Shown in pieces: positions 32,925-45,136 of a DNA stretch of 64,000 bases. The stretch is from the NCBI GenBank assembly GCA_963668695.2, contig CAXXLQ010000004.1, positions 3,680,001-3,744,000 on the forward strand, written 5' to 3'. Position 1 is the first letter of the stretch. Each line of letters opens with the position of its first letter. The stretch comes from Vicinamibacteria bacterium. Its GTDB lineage: Bacteria > Acidobacteriota > Vicinamibacteria > Marinacidobacterales > Marinacidobacteraceae. The notes beneath the pieces are model-generated. The model worked only from the letters and a program-made list of their open reading frames with translations, searched no databases and was not told the origin of the DNA. The translations under genes were made by a program, and so were the position numbers.

Positions 32925-33024
32925 GGAACCGCTATTGCGTATTCACCCGCATGCTAGCGAATCTGCCTTCACGGGCCGGGAAGGAATGGGGCATCGCCGT
33001 GGGCGATATTATTGTGGCGCCATC

Positions 33025-33291
33025 ATGATGATTCGCACCCAGATCTCGCTTGATTCCGAACGCCACGCGCAGGCGCGGGCTCGTGCTGCAGAACTTGGCG
33101 TTTCGCTCGCCGAGTACATGCGGCAGCTTGTGGATCGGGATGTGGGCCGCTCACCCCGGGTGGTGGACCGCTCCGTCGTTTTTGACCTCGGCGGCGGAAG
33201 CCCAACCGATATCGCGTCTGGCAAGGATCGGATGATTGCGGAAGCGATCGCCGCATCGTTCAAGCGCGACCGCAACCCGCTCGATCCGTGA
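33025..33291 (+). CDS. RHH (VapB/CopG-like) antitoxin
   Basis: MIRTQISLD..ARAAELGVSLAEYMRQLV; overlaps the vapC start (GTGA). Confidence 0.8.
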   Translation: MMIRTQISLDSERHAQARARAAELGVSLAEYMRQLVDRDVGRSPRVVDRSVVFDLGGGSPTDIASGKDRMIAEAIAASFKRDRNPLDP

Positions 33292-33701
33292 GCGCCTTCG
33301 TGGACACGTCCGGCTGGTTCGCGGCCGCCTGCCGGAACGACCGGAACAACCGCCGTGCGAAAGCTCTGCTGGCCACGGACGAGTCACTCGTAACCAGCGA
33401 CCACATCCTCGCGGAAACCTGGCGACTGCTCCACCACTTCGTCTCGCCAGCAGCCGCGGAACGATTCTGGGAAGGTCTGCGCAGCGGCGTCGCGATGATC
33501 GAAATGACCACCGAGGCGGATCTCCAGGCTGCTTGGGAAATCGGAGAAGCCTTTCCCGATCAGGATTTCTCGCTGGTTGACCGCACTTCTTTCGCACTCA
33601 TGCTCAGGCTCGGCATCTCGAGAGTGATTTCCTTCGACAGCGACTTCGCCGTGTTCCGCTACGGCAGAGGGCGGCGGGCCGCGTTCACGGTGCTCCGCTG
33701 A
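33288..33701 (+). CDS. vapC: PIN-domain toxin
   Basis: FVDTSGWFA, ILAET, FSLVDRTSF and SFDSDF. Confidence 0.9.
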   Translation: MSAFVDTSGWFAAACRNDRNNRRAKALLATDESLVTSDHILAETWRLLHHFVSPAAAERFWEGLRSGVAMIEMTTEADLQAAWEIGEAFPDQDFSLVDRTSFALMLRLGISRVISFDSDFAVFRYGRGRRAAFTVLR

Positions 33702-33764
33702 CGGGGACCCCGCTTTGACGACGGCCGCCGCCTGACGCGGCGGCGCGCGCGATCCGTCTCGCGG

Positions 33765-36041
<2,277 letters not shown>

Positions 36042-36267
36042 GGGGCTCTCCTCACAAGATGAGATGCGCGGGCTCGGCCGCTGGAGTGCTGGCGGAGCGG
36101 AACCGCGAATGGACTCAGGGTCCCGCCCATGCGGGACCGGAAGGCGCGAAGTGTAGCGGTCCGGGGGGTCCGCGGCTGCCAGCCGCGGGGTGTTTCGAGC
36201 GTTCTCACCCCGAAGAACGCGGGTGGGGAGCTATCGGTGGTTGCACCCAAGGAGATCAGGACAATCG

Positions 36268-36286
36268 GGTATAACTTCGGTATAAT
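36268..36286 (+). promoter_or_regulatory. -10 box TATAAT and GGTATAA direct repeat (probable autoregulatory operator) of a leaderless mazEF-like operon
   Basis: GGTATAA-CTTC-GGTATAAT ends 6 nt before ATG 36293. Confidence 0.65.
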
Positions 36287-36292
36287 GATTCC

Positions 36293-36529
36293 ATGAAGAC
36301 GGCCATCTCGGTTCCGGACCATCTCTTCCGGGAGGCCGACCAATTCGCCGAACAGCACGGCACCTCGCGCAGCAAGTTGTACAGCGACGCCGTTTCCGAA
36401 TACCTGGCGCGACGCCGCCAGAAGGAAGTCACCGCCAGGCTGAACGAAGTGCTCGCGAACGAACCCGAACGGCTGGACCCGGTGTTCGCGAGAATTCAGG
36501 CGGAAAGCATCGGCCCCGAAGATTGGTAG
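36293..36529 (+). CDS. RHH antitoxin of a MazF/PemK toxin
   Basis: MKTAISVPDHLFREAD..SRSKLYSDAV..EDW; overlaps the toxin start. Confidence 0.85.
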   Translation: MKTAISVPDHLFREADQFAEQHGTSRSKLYSDAVSEYLARRRQKEVTARLNEVLANEPERLDPVFARIQAESIGPEDW

Positions 36530-36873
36530 CCAAACGAGGAGAGGTGTGGTGGGCCGATCTGTCGGCCCCGCAGGGTTCCGAGCCCGGGTTTCGCCGTCCC
36601 ATCCTCGTCATCCAGTCGGATGCGTTCAACATGAGCCGACTCCGCACGGTTCTCGCTGTGCTCCTCACCGCCAACATGCGACTCGCGGAAAAACCCGGCA
36701 ATGTCATTCTCTCTCGGCAGGCCTCCGGCCTTCCGAAGGATTCGGTCGCCAACATGACAGAAATCGCAACGGTGGACGAGGGTTTTCTGGACCAGCAGGT
36801 CGGCGTGATTCCGCCCAGACTCATGACACAGATCGAAGCAGGCCTCCGGCTGGTGTTGGACCTCCAGATCTAG
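36523..36873 (+). CDS. mazF: MazF/PemK-family endoribonuclease toxin
   Basis: RGEVWWADL..GSEPGFRRPILVIQSDAFN..GLPKDSVAN. Confidence 0.92.
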   Translation: MVAKRGEVWWADLSAPQGSEPGFRRPILVIQSDAFNMSRLRTVLAVLLTANMRLAEKPGNVILSRQASGLPKDSVANMTEIATVDEGFLDQQVGVIPPRLMTQIEAGLRLVLDLQI

Positions 36874-36999
36874 TCGCTCCCGGACGCGCCGCCGCTCGGC
36901 GCATGGCGCCCGCCCGGGACCGCCGGTCTCCAGACCCGCATCGCCCGCCAGAGGCGGGCGAAACATGCCCCGGTCGCGGCGCCGCCCCAAGACGGCGGC

Positions 37000-39045
37000 T
37001 CAGCGGCCGCTCGGCGCCGCGTCCGTATCCGCCTCCGGGGTGTGCTGGCGGAACCAAGCCAGGATGCGCTCCGAAACGTCCATGAGGAACTTGGGCTCTC
37101 TCGGGCCGTGCGGAGTCCGCGGATAGACGACCATCTCGGTCGGCACCCCGCGCCGGTCGAGCGCCCGGTAGAACTCCTGGCCCTGGGTGAACGGCACCCG
37201 GAGATCCTCGGCGCCGTGAATCACCTGGGTGGGGGTGGTCACTTCGGCGATCCGGTAGATCGCCGAGTGGGCTTCGTACACCTCGTAGTCCTCCCAGAAG
37301 TCGCCTCCCATGTGCCCCGCCAGGTAGTCCTGGATGTCCGTGGTGGTGACCATGCTCACCAGGTTCGGGAGCCCGGCTCCCATGCTGGCGGCCACGAAGC
37401 GGTCGGTGCGGGTGACCGCGAAGGAGGTCATGTAGCCGCCGTAGCTCCATCCCATGATGTAGAGCTGGCTGGGTTCGGCCACCCCCTGCTCGATCACCAG
37501 GTCCACCCCCGCCATGAGGTCGTCCATATCGCCGAAGCCCCAATCCCTGAAGTTGGCGTAGCGGAATTCCTTTCCGTAGCCGGTGGAACCCCGGGGGTTG
37601 GCCCGCAGGATGGCGAACCCTTCCTGGGCGAAGTACTGGAGCATGTAGATGGACGGCGCGCCGGTGAAGGATTCCGAGTAGGCGCCCGCCGGCCCGCCAT
37701 GCACGTTCAGGATCAGCGGATACCGCTGCCCCTCGCGGTAACCGATCGGGAGGGTCAGCAGCCCTTCCACCGGGGTGCCGTCGGGCGAGGTCCAGGTGAG
37801 TACCGAGGTCTTCCCCATTTCGGGACGGGCCACACCCTGGTGGAGGTCGGTGAGGCGGCGCGGTTCGAAGGCGGAGGCGGCTCCGCCCCCTGCCCCGAGG
37901 CTGGCAGCGAAGACGTCCCAGGGCGTCTCCGGAGTCTCGTGCGTGAAGGCCATTACGTCCGCGGCAGCGGCGATCGCCGGAGCACCGTAGACCCCGTTCC
38001 CCGGAGTCAGTTCCACGAGGTCTCCGCCGTCGGCGGGAAGCCCGAAGAGGCGCCGCGACGTGCGGTGGGCCTCGGTCACGTACACGAGCGAGCCGTCGCG
38101 GGACCAGCCACGAATCCCCGGGCTCCGGTCCCGGGTCTCGGCGAGGCGGACCCGCTCGCCGCCCATCACCGGCATTACGTATACGTCGCCGAGCCCGATC
38201 GGCTCCGGACCGTCACCGGTCGAGCGGAACGCCACCGTCTGCCCGTCGGGAGAGACGCGCGGCGAGCTTTCAATCCCGTCACCGCCGTGGAGCAGGCTCA
38301 CCTTGCCGTCCCCCAGGTGGACGACCGACAGATCGCCGGAGCGGCGGTTCGTGTTGATGCGGGGATCGTCCTGGTGGGCGAAGACGATCCGGTCACTGCT
38401 CGACCAGTCCCACCCGGAGACATGAAAATCGCCCCAGGTGAGGCGCCGATCCTCGCCGTCCGGGTCGTAGCCACCCGTTACCAAGGTCGCGTAGAGGTGG
38501 CCGTACTTGAAGTTCCGGTCCACCAGTTCAACGTCCCGCTTCTCCTTCTTCCGGGTCTTCTCCTCTTCGGTTTCCGGATCGCTCATCACGTAGCCGACGC
38601 TCCGGCCGTCCGGCGAAAAGCGGAAAGACCGCGCGCCGCTCTCGGCGTGAGTGAGCTGGAAGGCCTCGCCCCCGCCGAGCGGCAGGGCCCAGACCTGCTG
38701 TTTTTCCGCACCCTGCCGGAGGAAACCGAGGGTGCGGCCATCCGGGGAGAAGGAGGGGGAAGTGGCGGAGTTCTCACCGGTGGTGTACGCGACCGCGTCG
38801 CCCCCGGCCGCCGGGACCACGTGGATCTGGGTCCGGTACTCGGATTTCTCGCCCTCCATGAGCGGCACGGTGACCGTGAAGGCGACGAGAGACCCGTCGG
38901 GGGAAATCGCCACCGACGAGACCCGGCTGTACTTCATGGACAGGGACGGCGTCCAGCGATCCTCTTCGGCGGTCGCGCTGGAGGCGGCGAACAGCACCCC
39001 CGAGAATGCGAGAAGAACGGCGAAAACGGTTGAGCGAGCGAGCAC
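37000..39045 (-). CDS. Secreted S9 peptidase (acylaminoacyl/dipeptidyl aminopeptidase-like)
   Basis: Signal peptide, PD40-like propeller, HGGP, GWSYGG, HGAEDLRV and PH. Confidence 0.92.
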   Translation of the reverse strand: MLARSTVFAVLLAFSGVLFAASSATAEEDRWTPSLSMKYSRVSSVAISPDGSLVAFTVTVPLMEGEKSEYRTQIHVVPAAGGDAVAYTTGENSATSPSFSPDGRTLGFLRQGAEKQQVWALPLGGGEAFQLTHAESGARSFRFSPDGRSVGYVMSDPETEEEKTRKKEKRDVELVDRNFKYGHLYATLVTGGYDPDGEDRRLTWGDFHVSGWDWSSSDRIVFAHQDDPRINTNRRSGDLSVVHLGDGKVSLLHGGDGIESSPRVSPDGQTVAFRSTGDGPEPIGLGDVYVMPVMGGERVRLAETRDRSPGIRGWSRDGSLVYVTEAHRTSRRLFGLPADGGDLVELTPGNGVYGAPAIAAAADVMAFTHETPETPWDVFAASLGAGGGAASAFEPRRLTDLHQGVARPEMGKTSVLTWTSPDGTPVEGLLTLPIGYREGQRYPLILNVHGGPAGAYSESFTGAPSIYMLQYFAQEGFAILRANPRGSTGYGKEFRYANFRDWGFGDMDDLMAGVDLVIEQGVAEPSQLYIMGWSYGGYMTSFAVTRTDRFVAASMGAGLPNLVSMVTTTDIQDYLAGHMGGDFWEDYEVYEAHSAIYRIAEVTTPTQVIHGAEDLRVPFTQGQEFYRALDRRGVPTEMVVYPRTPHGPREPKFLMDVSERILAWFRQHTPEADTDAAPSGR

Positions 39046-39179
39046 GGTGGCCTCCCCGGCAGCCGGGGGCGTCTCGGCCGCCAGAGCCGAAGTATCCCAC
39101 CGGCAACGGAACCTGCGCGAGTCTCAGCCGTGACCAGCAGCGGCAACCTAAGGTAGCCAAGGTTCGAGGGTGACAGGTC

Positions 39180-39461
39180 TCATCCGAGGCGTCGCCGCAG
39201 CCTGTCGTTAACGTCAGTACGTCGGGCAACGGTAAGGATCAGAATCACCAACTGATCCTGCTCCCACGTGTAACAGATCCGATAGTCGCCTACACGGATT
39301 CGCCAGATCGAGTTGAAGCCCACGAGTTTCCGGGAGTCGGGCGGATGCGGCTCCTCCGCCAGCGCCTTGATCGCGGCAACCAGCCGTTGCCGAATGGCTC
39401 TGTGGGAAACCCTGCGAAAGTCCCGCGCTGCCGCGCGGGAGAAGACGATCGGCGGCTTCAA
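39180..39461 (-). CDS. RelE/ParE-family toxin
   Basis: LAEEPHPPDSRKLVG..WRIRVGDYRICY. Confidence 0.9.
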   Translation of the reverse strand: MKPPIVFSRAAARDFRRVSHRAIRQRLVAAIKALAEEPHPPDSRKLVGFNSIWRIRVGDYRICYTWEQDQLVILILTVARRTDVNDRLRRRLG

Positions 39462-39479
39462 AGACTCAGATCAGCCTTA

Positions 39480-39787
39480 ACAGCCTGTGGTGAAACCCAC
39501 GCGGCGTTCGGCCGGCGATCCATCCCGGCTGAACCGCGTCGCTGCGCGCCGCTCATCGTTACGTTTCGGTCGAAATACACCCGGTATTCCTCCCTCACGC
39601 GCCTTGTCAGCCGGGCGCCTCACCGGCCTCGCGCTCCCGCGGGTTCCACCACCGGCTGAACCGCGTCGCTGCGCGCCGCTCATCGTTGCGTTTCGGTCGA
39701 AATACACCCGGTATTCCTCCCTCACGCGCCTTGTCAGCCGGGCGCCTCACCGGCCTCGGCGCTCACCCGGGTTTCACAACAGGCTGT
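39480..39787. mobile_element. MITE copy with internal duplication, inserted in the 3' end of the antitoxin gene
   Basis: TA|ACAGCCTGTGGTGAAACCC..GGGTTTCACAACAGGCTGT|TG; the core is repeated twice. Confidence 0.9.
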
Positions 39788-40025
39788 TGAGTTCTTCGAA
39801 GGGCACGCCGCCGTTCGCCCGGTAGTCGGCAAGGGCGTCGAGCGCATCGAGGAGGTCCAGGCGATCCTCCAGGGCCTCAAGGGCCTCAAGATCCGACGGC
39901 GACACCAGAGCGGCGACGGTCTTGCCGTGCTTTTGCAGCACGATCCGCTCCCCGCCGAAGCGGACCCTCCCGGTGATCTCGGCGAGTTGTTCGCGAGCTT
40001 CAGTGACGGACACGACCTCGACCAT
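39774..40025 (-). CDS. Phd/YefM-family antitoxin (C-terminus altered by the MITE)
   Basis: VSVTEAREQLAEITGRVRFGGERIVLQKHGKTVAALVS. Confidence 0.9.
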   Translation of the reverse strand: MVEVVSVTEAREQLAEITGRVRFGGERIVLQKHGKTVAALVSPSDLEALEALEDRLDLLDALDALADYRANGGVPFEELNSLL

Positions 40026-40046
40026 GGCGGTCTCCTTTCTTACGGA

Positions 40047-40071
40047 TTGTACAAATTAGCAAATCTGCACA
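40047..40071 (-). promoter_or_regulatory. Putative Phd/YefM operator (TTGTACAA palindrome plus a TGCACA core)
   Basis: AT-rich patch upstream of the antitoxin. TGTACA cores are known YefM-type operator motifs. Confidence 0.5.
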
Positions 40072-40117
40072 CTTCGTGCATGAACCCCCGCGGCCTCGTT
40101 TGCGTAGTCTTCGCCCG

Positions 40118-41281
40118 ATGACCCCGGACACGGTACGCAGCGGGCTGGACCGGCTCCCGGAAATGGGAGGGCTCCTCCGGGGGCTCCGGGTCGGACTGAT
40201 CGCGAATCCCTCCTCGGTGGATTCCTCGTTCCGGCACGCGCGGGAGGTGGTGGCCAACCTGCCGGAGGTGACGCTGGCAGCGATCTTCGCCCCGGAGCAC
40301 GGCTTCGACGCCGTCGAGCAGGACCTGATCGAGATCCCGGACGGGGAGCGACGGATCCCGGTGTACAGCCTCTACGGGTCCACCCGCCGTCCTACGGCGG
40401 CGATGCTGAACGGGCTGGACGCGCTCGTGTTCGACGTTCAGGACATCGGCTCGCGCTACTACACCTACATCTGGACGATGGCCCACGCGATGGAGGCCGC
40501 GGCCGAACACGGCAAGCGCATCTTCGTCCTCGACCGCCCAAACCCGATCGGCAGCGCCGTGGAGGGCAACCTCATCCGGGACGACCACCTCTCCTTCGTG
40601 GGGCTCTATCCCCTGCCCAACCGCCACGGCATGACCGCCGGCGAAATCGCCGGCCTCCTGAACCGCCACCACGGGATCGGGGCCGATCTCGTGATCGTCG
40701 GCTGCCGGGGCTGGGGGCGGGAGCAATGGCTCGATGAGACCGGGCTCCCGTTCATCCCGCCATCTCCCAACATGCCGACCCTGGGCACGGCGACGGTGTA
40801 CCCCGGGGCGTGCCTGATCGAGGGGACCACCCTCTCCGAGGGCCGGGGAACTACCCGGCCGTTCGAGCTCTGCGGGGCCCCCTGGGTGGATGGTTTCCGC
40901 CTGGCGGAGGCGCTGGCCGAAGAGGAACTCCCCGGAGTTCACTTCCGCCCGGTGCGGTTCCGGCCCACCTTCCACAAGTTCGCGAACGAAGAGTGCGGCG
41001 GCGTGATGCAGCACGTCACCGACCGGGATACCTACCTGCCCTGGCGCACCGGAATCGCCATCCTGAACCAGATCCGGCGTCTCTCGCCGGGCGAGTTCGC
41101 CTGGCGGCAGCCTCCCTACGAGTACGAATTGGAGCGCCTCCCGATCGACATCCTGGCCGGGAGTCCTGCCATGCGGGAAGGGATCGAGGCGGGGCGGTCG
41201 ACCCCCGAGATCGCCGACGCCGGGAACGCGGAGGGGAGGAGCTTCGCGCAGGTACGAGAGAACTTCTTGCTCTACCACTAA
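40118..41281 (+). CDS. Exo-beta-N-acetylmuramidase NamZ-like (DUF1343)
   Basis: FAPEHG, FDVQDIGSRYYTY, VLDRPNP, SPNMP and LSEGRGTTRPFE. Confidence 0.92.
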   Translation: MTPDTVRSGLDRLPEMGGLLRGLRVGLIANPSSVDSSFRHAREVVANLPEVTLAAIFAPEHGFDAVEQDLIEIPDGERRIPVYSLYGSTRRPTAAMLNGLDALVFDVQDIGSRYYTYIWTMAHAMEAAAEHGKRIFVLDRPNPIGSAVEGNLIRDDHLSFVGLYPLPNRHGMTAGEIAGLLNRHHGIGADLVIVGCRGWGREQWLDETGLPFIPPSPNMPTLGTATVYPGACLIEGTTLSEGRGTTRPFELCGAPWVDGFRLAEALAEEELPGVHFRPVRFRPTFHKFANEECGGVMQHVTDRDTYLPWRTGIAILNQIRRLSPGEFAWRQPPYEYELERLPIDILAGSPAMREGIEAGRSTPEIADAGNAEGRSFAQVRENFLLYH

Positions 41282-41290
41282 CTTCCAGTC

Positions 41291-41770
41291 GTGGTGCAGG
41301 TAACCCGCACGTTGGACCCTTCAGGACACCCATGTTGGAGGCCATACTCTTCCTTGGCTCGCCCTGTCTTACCCGCTCGGTTGAGGGTACGGACATCGGA
41401 GTGGCCGAAGGGACAAACAGATGACGAGAGCGGGGGGGCCGCAGATCTATTGCGTCTCATGGGCATTCATCCGGCTGCGGCCGTTGGTGTTATCGCTGTT
41501 GATGTGATGCTCTTTGGCGGGACCGTCGCCACCCTGGGCACCGGTTGGGCAATATCGATTCCGGTCGGGATTGTGCTCGCGATTGCAGTCGCCCTCATCC
41601 AACACGGAGCGTTGCCACGCGACAATCTCGCTCTTGCGGCCGGAAAGGGAATCCTCATCGGCCTTCTAACGGCGATACCTACACCGTTGCCGTCGGCGAT
41701 TACCCTTGCATCCGGGACAATGGGCGGGATCACACTGTTCCGGGATCGGAAGACGCGCTCCCTTACCTAG
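41291..41770 (+). CDS. Hypothetical small membrane protein in a lower-GC patch (start uncertain, possibly ATG 41459)
   Basis: Hydrophobic segments and GLLTAIPTPLP; codon usage less GC3-biased than its neighbours. Confidence 0.5.
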   Translation: MVQVTRTLDPSGHPCWRPYSSLARPVLPARLRVRTSEWPKGQTDDESGGAADLLRLMGIHPAAAVGVIAVDVMLFGGTVATLGTGWAISIPVGIVLAIAVALIQHGALPRDNLALAAGKGILIGLLTAIPTPLPSAITLASGTMGGITLFRDRKTRSLT

Positions 41771-41827
41771 AATCCGCAGCGCCAAATGCCTGATCACTGG
41801 TTGAGCGAGCAAGCTGGCCGGTAGTCC

Positions 41828-42991
41828 CTAACCCCCGAGGCCGCGATTCGTCGCCAGATAGGTGGCGAAGCTCCCGAGCCAGTGGCTGCCGATGTAGTTG
41901 CTCGGGTCCACGCCGGCGAAACCGGCCTCCGCGTTCCGGGCAGCGAGCGCGACCATCTCTCCCCTTCTGCGGTCGCTCTCCGGAAGCGCGCTCGTGATGC
42001 CTTGCAGCATCCAGGCGCGACTCAGGTGGAGGCCGTGGAGGTGCCCGAAAGCGTCTTCCTCGTCCTCGGGGACGTTCACCGGCTCCAGCGTGGTCGGGAG
42101 CGGACCGGGCAGGAAGCCTCCCAACCAGGCGCCGAACTCTTCCGCGGGAAGCACCCGCCGCATGAAGTCCGCCTCCGACAGGCAGGGAGAGAAGAAGTCC
42201 TGTCCTGACGGTTCGTAGTCCACCGGACAGTCGCGGTCGTCGCCGTACCAGACCCGCGCCCGGGCGGCCAGGAGGTCCTGCATGGGTTGGTCTCCCACGG
42301 ACACCGCCCAGTCGTGGATCAGGCCAACCGAGAACGCGGTCTGTTTGTGTTCCCCCACCCGCACGGGATGCCCCAGCTTCTCCAGGAACTCACTGAGCCG
42401 TTCCACCGCGTTGGCGATCAGCGGCGCGAGCGTCTCACGCCAGCGGGCAGCCCGGCCGCGGTCGTCCTCCGTGGCGGCCGCATCGGAACTCCATTCGTGA
42501 AGCTCGGCGTCGAGCTGGAGCAGCCAGGCAAGGCCGTAGGGACGCTCGAAACCGCGCCGGCCCTTCTTCGAAACGAAGACCAGTTCTCCGGCCACCCGCT
42601 CCTCGGTGAGGTTCTGATCGAGCGCCGCTCGGGCGCCGGAAGCGAAGTCGGCGCCGGGGAATTTGCGGGTCAGGCGAGCGAGCAGCCAGTGTCCGTGCAC
42701 CGCGGAATGCCAGTCGTAGCAGCCGTAGAAGACCGGCGTCAGGTCCCGGGGTAGGGCCAGGTCGTCGTCACTCTCGAGGCGCAGGCGCAGGCTGTACGGA
42801 TACTCCTTGAGCACACAGTCGAGGGCGAGCGCCGCGAACGCGGCCGCGCCGCTCTCGTCAAGCGCCGGGGGCGTCAAGTCCACGGGAGGTGCTTCGTCGG
42901 AAGGCGCCGGATCGCCGCTCCCGCAGCCCGCCACCAACCCGGCGACGAGCGCGAGTGCGGCGAACCGCTGCTTCGGGTTGTCTTGAACCAT
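41828..42991 (-). CDS. DUF2891-like lipoprotein
   Basis: Lipobox VAGC, FYGCYDWHSAVHGHW, FERPYGLAWLL and HWLGSFA. Confidence 0.88.
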   Translation of the reverse strand: MVQDNPKQRFAALALVAGLVAGCGSGDPAPSDEAPPVDLTPPALDESGAAAFAALALDCVLKEYPYSLRLRLESDDDLALPRDLTPVFYGCYDWHSAVHGHWLLARLTRKFPGADFASGARAALDQNLTEERVAGELVFVSKKGRRGFERPYGLAWLLQLDAELHEWSSDAAATEDDRGRAARWRETLAPLIANAVERLSEFLEKLGHPVRVGEHKQTAFSVGLIHDWAVSVGDQPMQDLLAARARVWYGDDRDCPVDYEPSGQDFFSPCLSEADFMRRVLPAEEFGAWLGGFLPGPLPTTLEPVNVPEDEEDAFGHLHGLHLSRAWMLQGITSALPESDRRRGEMVALAARNAEAGFAGVDPSNYIGSHWLGSFATYLATNRGLGG

Positions 42992-43015
42992 CGCACATTC
43001 CTCCTTCCTTCGCAG

Positions 43016-43705
43016 TCAGAGCTTCCGGGCCTGGCTCACCAGCCAATCGGCGCGGCGAACGGGCTCCGGTACGCGAAATCCTATGGCGCAGGCGAGTACG
43101 AGCGCCTCGGCAGCCTGCAGATCCACGCGGTGACCGATGCTCACGAAGACCGGTCGAACCCGGTCACGGGTCCGGAGGACCGTTCCAACCCGCTCCCCCC
43201 GATGCAGGAGCGGGGCCCTCGAGCCGCGGGCGAGACCGATCTCGGAATGCCCACCGACCAGGATGCTCTTCGCGCAGCCGATCGCGGGAATCCCGGTCAG
43301 GACGCCCAAATGGCAGGCAAGACCGAAGCGCCGCGGATGGGCCAGCCCGTGGCCATCGCACAGCAACGCGTCCACCGGAGTCTTCAGTTCCGAAAGCGCC
43401 GCGAGCACCGCCGGGGCTTCGCGGAAGGACAGCAGGCCCGGAACGTAGGGGAAGGTGAGCGGGCGGCGGACGACCCGCTCCTCGAGCACCCGGCGTTCGC
43501 CCACCGACCACGCCACGGCCGCCGCGACGCACTCCCTGCCTCCCGTCGGGAAAGCGGCATCCAATCCCGCCACGACTACGGGATCGAAGCCCGCCGGAGT
43601 CTCCCGTTCGACCCGCTCCGCGAGTTCCCGCTGAATGGCTGCTGCCGCGCGCGGGGAAACGTCCCATGAATGGGGCGCGGCGGCCGGGTTCGGGGACGCG
43701 GACAA
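43016..43705 (-). CDS. nfi: Endonuclease V
   Basis: FPYVPGLLSFRE, CDGHGLAHPRRFGLACHLG, SIGH and PEPVRRAD; start approximate. Confidence 0.92.
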   Translation of the reverse strand: MSASPNPAAAPHSWDVSPRAAAAIQRELAERVERETPAGFDPVVVAGLDAAFPTGGRECVAAAVAWSVGERRVLEERVVRRPLTFPYVPGLLSFREAPAVLAALSELKTPVDALLCDGHGLAHPRRFGLACHLGVLTGIPAIGCAKSILVGGHSEIGLARGSRAPLLHRGERVGTVLRTRDRVRPVFVSIGHRVDLQAAEALVLACAIGFRVPEPVRRADWLVSQARKL

Positions 43706-43877
43706 GGGTGCAGTTGCTGCCTTGTTGAACCATACAAGTCGCGGTGGTGGGGCCTCGCGCCGCAGTGCTATGTTTTCGGGACTTGTCCACACGGGGTGAG
43801 TTCGCGGAGAATCCCGCGCTGAATTGCCGCGCTGGAGTTGCCCGGCACCCCAACCGGCCCAAGGAGGTCCCAAACCC

Positions 43878-44243
43878 ATGATTCGAACGATTCTCGCGGG
43901 CGCACTGCTCGCCGCCGGCTTGGGGACCGTTTCTCTCTCCGAAGCGGCGTCCGGATCCATCGGGGTCGGCGCCGGCAAGCTGAGCCCACGGGCTGCCTAT
44001 GCCCAGGGCAAGGCGCTCGCCTTCAAGGAGCTGGTCTGCGACGGCTGCCCGCTCCAGAAGAACGAGCTGGACAAGGAGCGGGCGATGAGCCTCACCCGGA
44101 GCCTCGAAGCCGCCTACGACGGCGAAAAGGCCGGGACTCCCGACGACGACGCCGTCCAGGCGCTCTGCGGCGAGGGCGTCGAGGACTGCAAGCTCCGGAT
44201 GGAGACGGTGCACTACTTCCTCAGCCGCCGGTACCGGCTGTAG
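43878..44243 (+). CDS. Small secreted hypothetical protein with 4 Cys (CDGC..C..C)
   Basis: AAGGAGG RBS, signal peptide and GC3-biased codons. Confidence 0.75.
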   Translation: MIRTILAGALLAAGLGTVSLSEAASGSIGVGAGKLSPRAAYAQGKALAFKELVCDGCPLQKNELDKERAMSLTRSLEAAYDGEKAGTPDDDAVQALCGEGVEDCKLRMETVHYFLSRRYRL

Positions 44244-44252
44244 GGAGGCGCT

Positions 44253-45134
44253 GTGATGAAAGGTCAGCTTCGCTTCCTTCCGCGGGCCGCCTTCGCGGCG
44301 GTAGTCCTGCCCCTCGCGGCCTCGTCCGCCTCCGCCCAGGGCTCTCCCTGGATCGCCGAACCGCGGACCGGCTCCATCACCATCTCGTATGGACACCAGG
44401 CCGCCACCGAGTTCTACCGGGCCGACGTGAAGGGCCCGACCCCCGGCGACGGAGCCAACCTCTCGCAGACCACCGGCTGGATTGACGTCAACTACGCGAT
44501 CACCGACGCGATTGCGGTGGATCTGCGGTCCGGCCTTGGCCGAAGCCACATCCCAGGGCCGGTCGGACCCACCCCGGAGGAGAGCTTCAGCGGTCTCGTG
44601 GACACGAACGTCTCAGTGACCTGGCGGGTGATGGACGAGCTGGTGATGGACGGCGCCCCGAGCGTCGCGATCCGCGCCGGCGTGATCGCCGCGGGCGGCT
44701 ATGACACCGGCTACATCAACTCGCTGGGAGACGGCGGGAACGGGTTCGAGACTTCGGTGCTGGTCGGCAAGTTCGGAGACCGTTTCGGGGTCTCCGGAGA
44801 GATCGGCTACCGGGCCCGCTCGAACAACGTCCCCTCCGACACTTTCGTCAACCTGGCCGGCTTCTTTCCGGTGAACGACCGGATCACGGTCGCGGCGGAC
44901 TACCGGATGGTCAACGGCAGCGATTCAGGACTCGATATCGGTGGTCCCGGTTTCTCTCCGGACCGCTTCCCCGAGCTTCAGGAGGATGCGCAGCTCCTCG
45001 GCGGCCGCGTGCTGGCCGCCATCAACGACTCCGTCAGCGTGAGCGGGTTCTACGGCCAGATCATCGGGGGGCGGAACACCGCGGCATCAGGGATCCTCGG
45101 AGTCGGCATCACCTACAGCTTCCTGACCAACTAG
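44253..45134 (+). CDS. Putative outer-membrane beta-barrel protein
   Basis: Signal peptide ASA|Q, alternating beta-strand pattern and C-terminal GITYSF. Confidence 0.75.
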   Translation: MMKGQLRFLPRAAFAAVVLPLAASSASAQGSPWIAEPRTGSITISYGHQAATEFYRADVKGPTPGDGANLSQTTGWIDVNYAITDAIAVDLRSGLGRSHIPGPVGPTPEESFSGLVDTNVSVTWRVMDELVMDGAPSVAIRAGVIAAGGYDTGYINSLGDGGNGFETSVLVGKFGDRFGVSGEIGYRARSNNVPSDTFVNLAGFFPVNDRITVAADYRMVNGSDSGLDIGGPGFSPDRFPELQEDAQLLGGRVLAAINDSVSVSGFYGQIIGGRNTAASGILGVGITYSFLTN

Positions 45135-45136
45135 CT

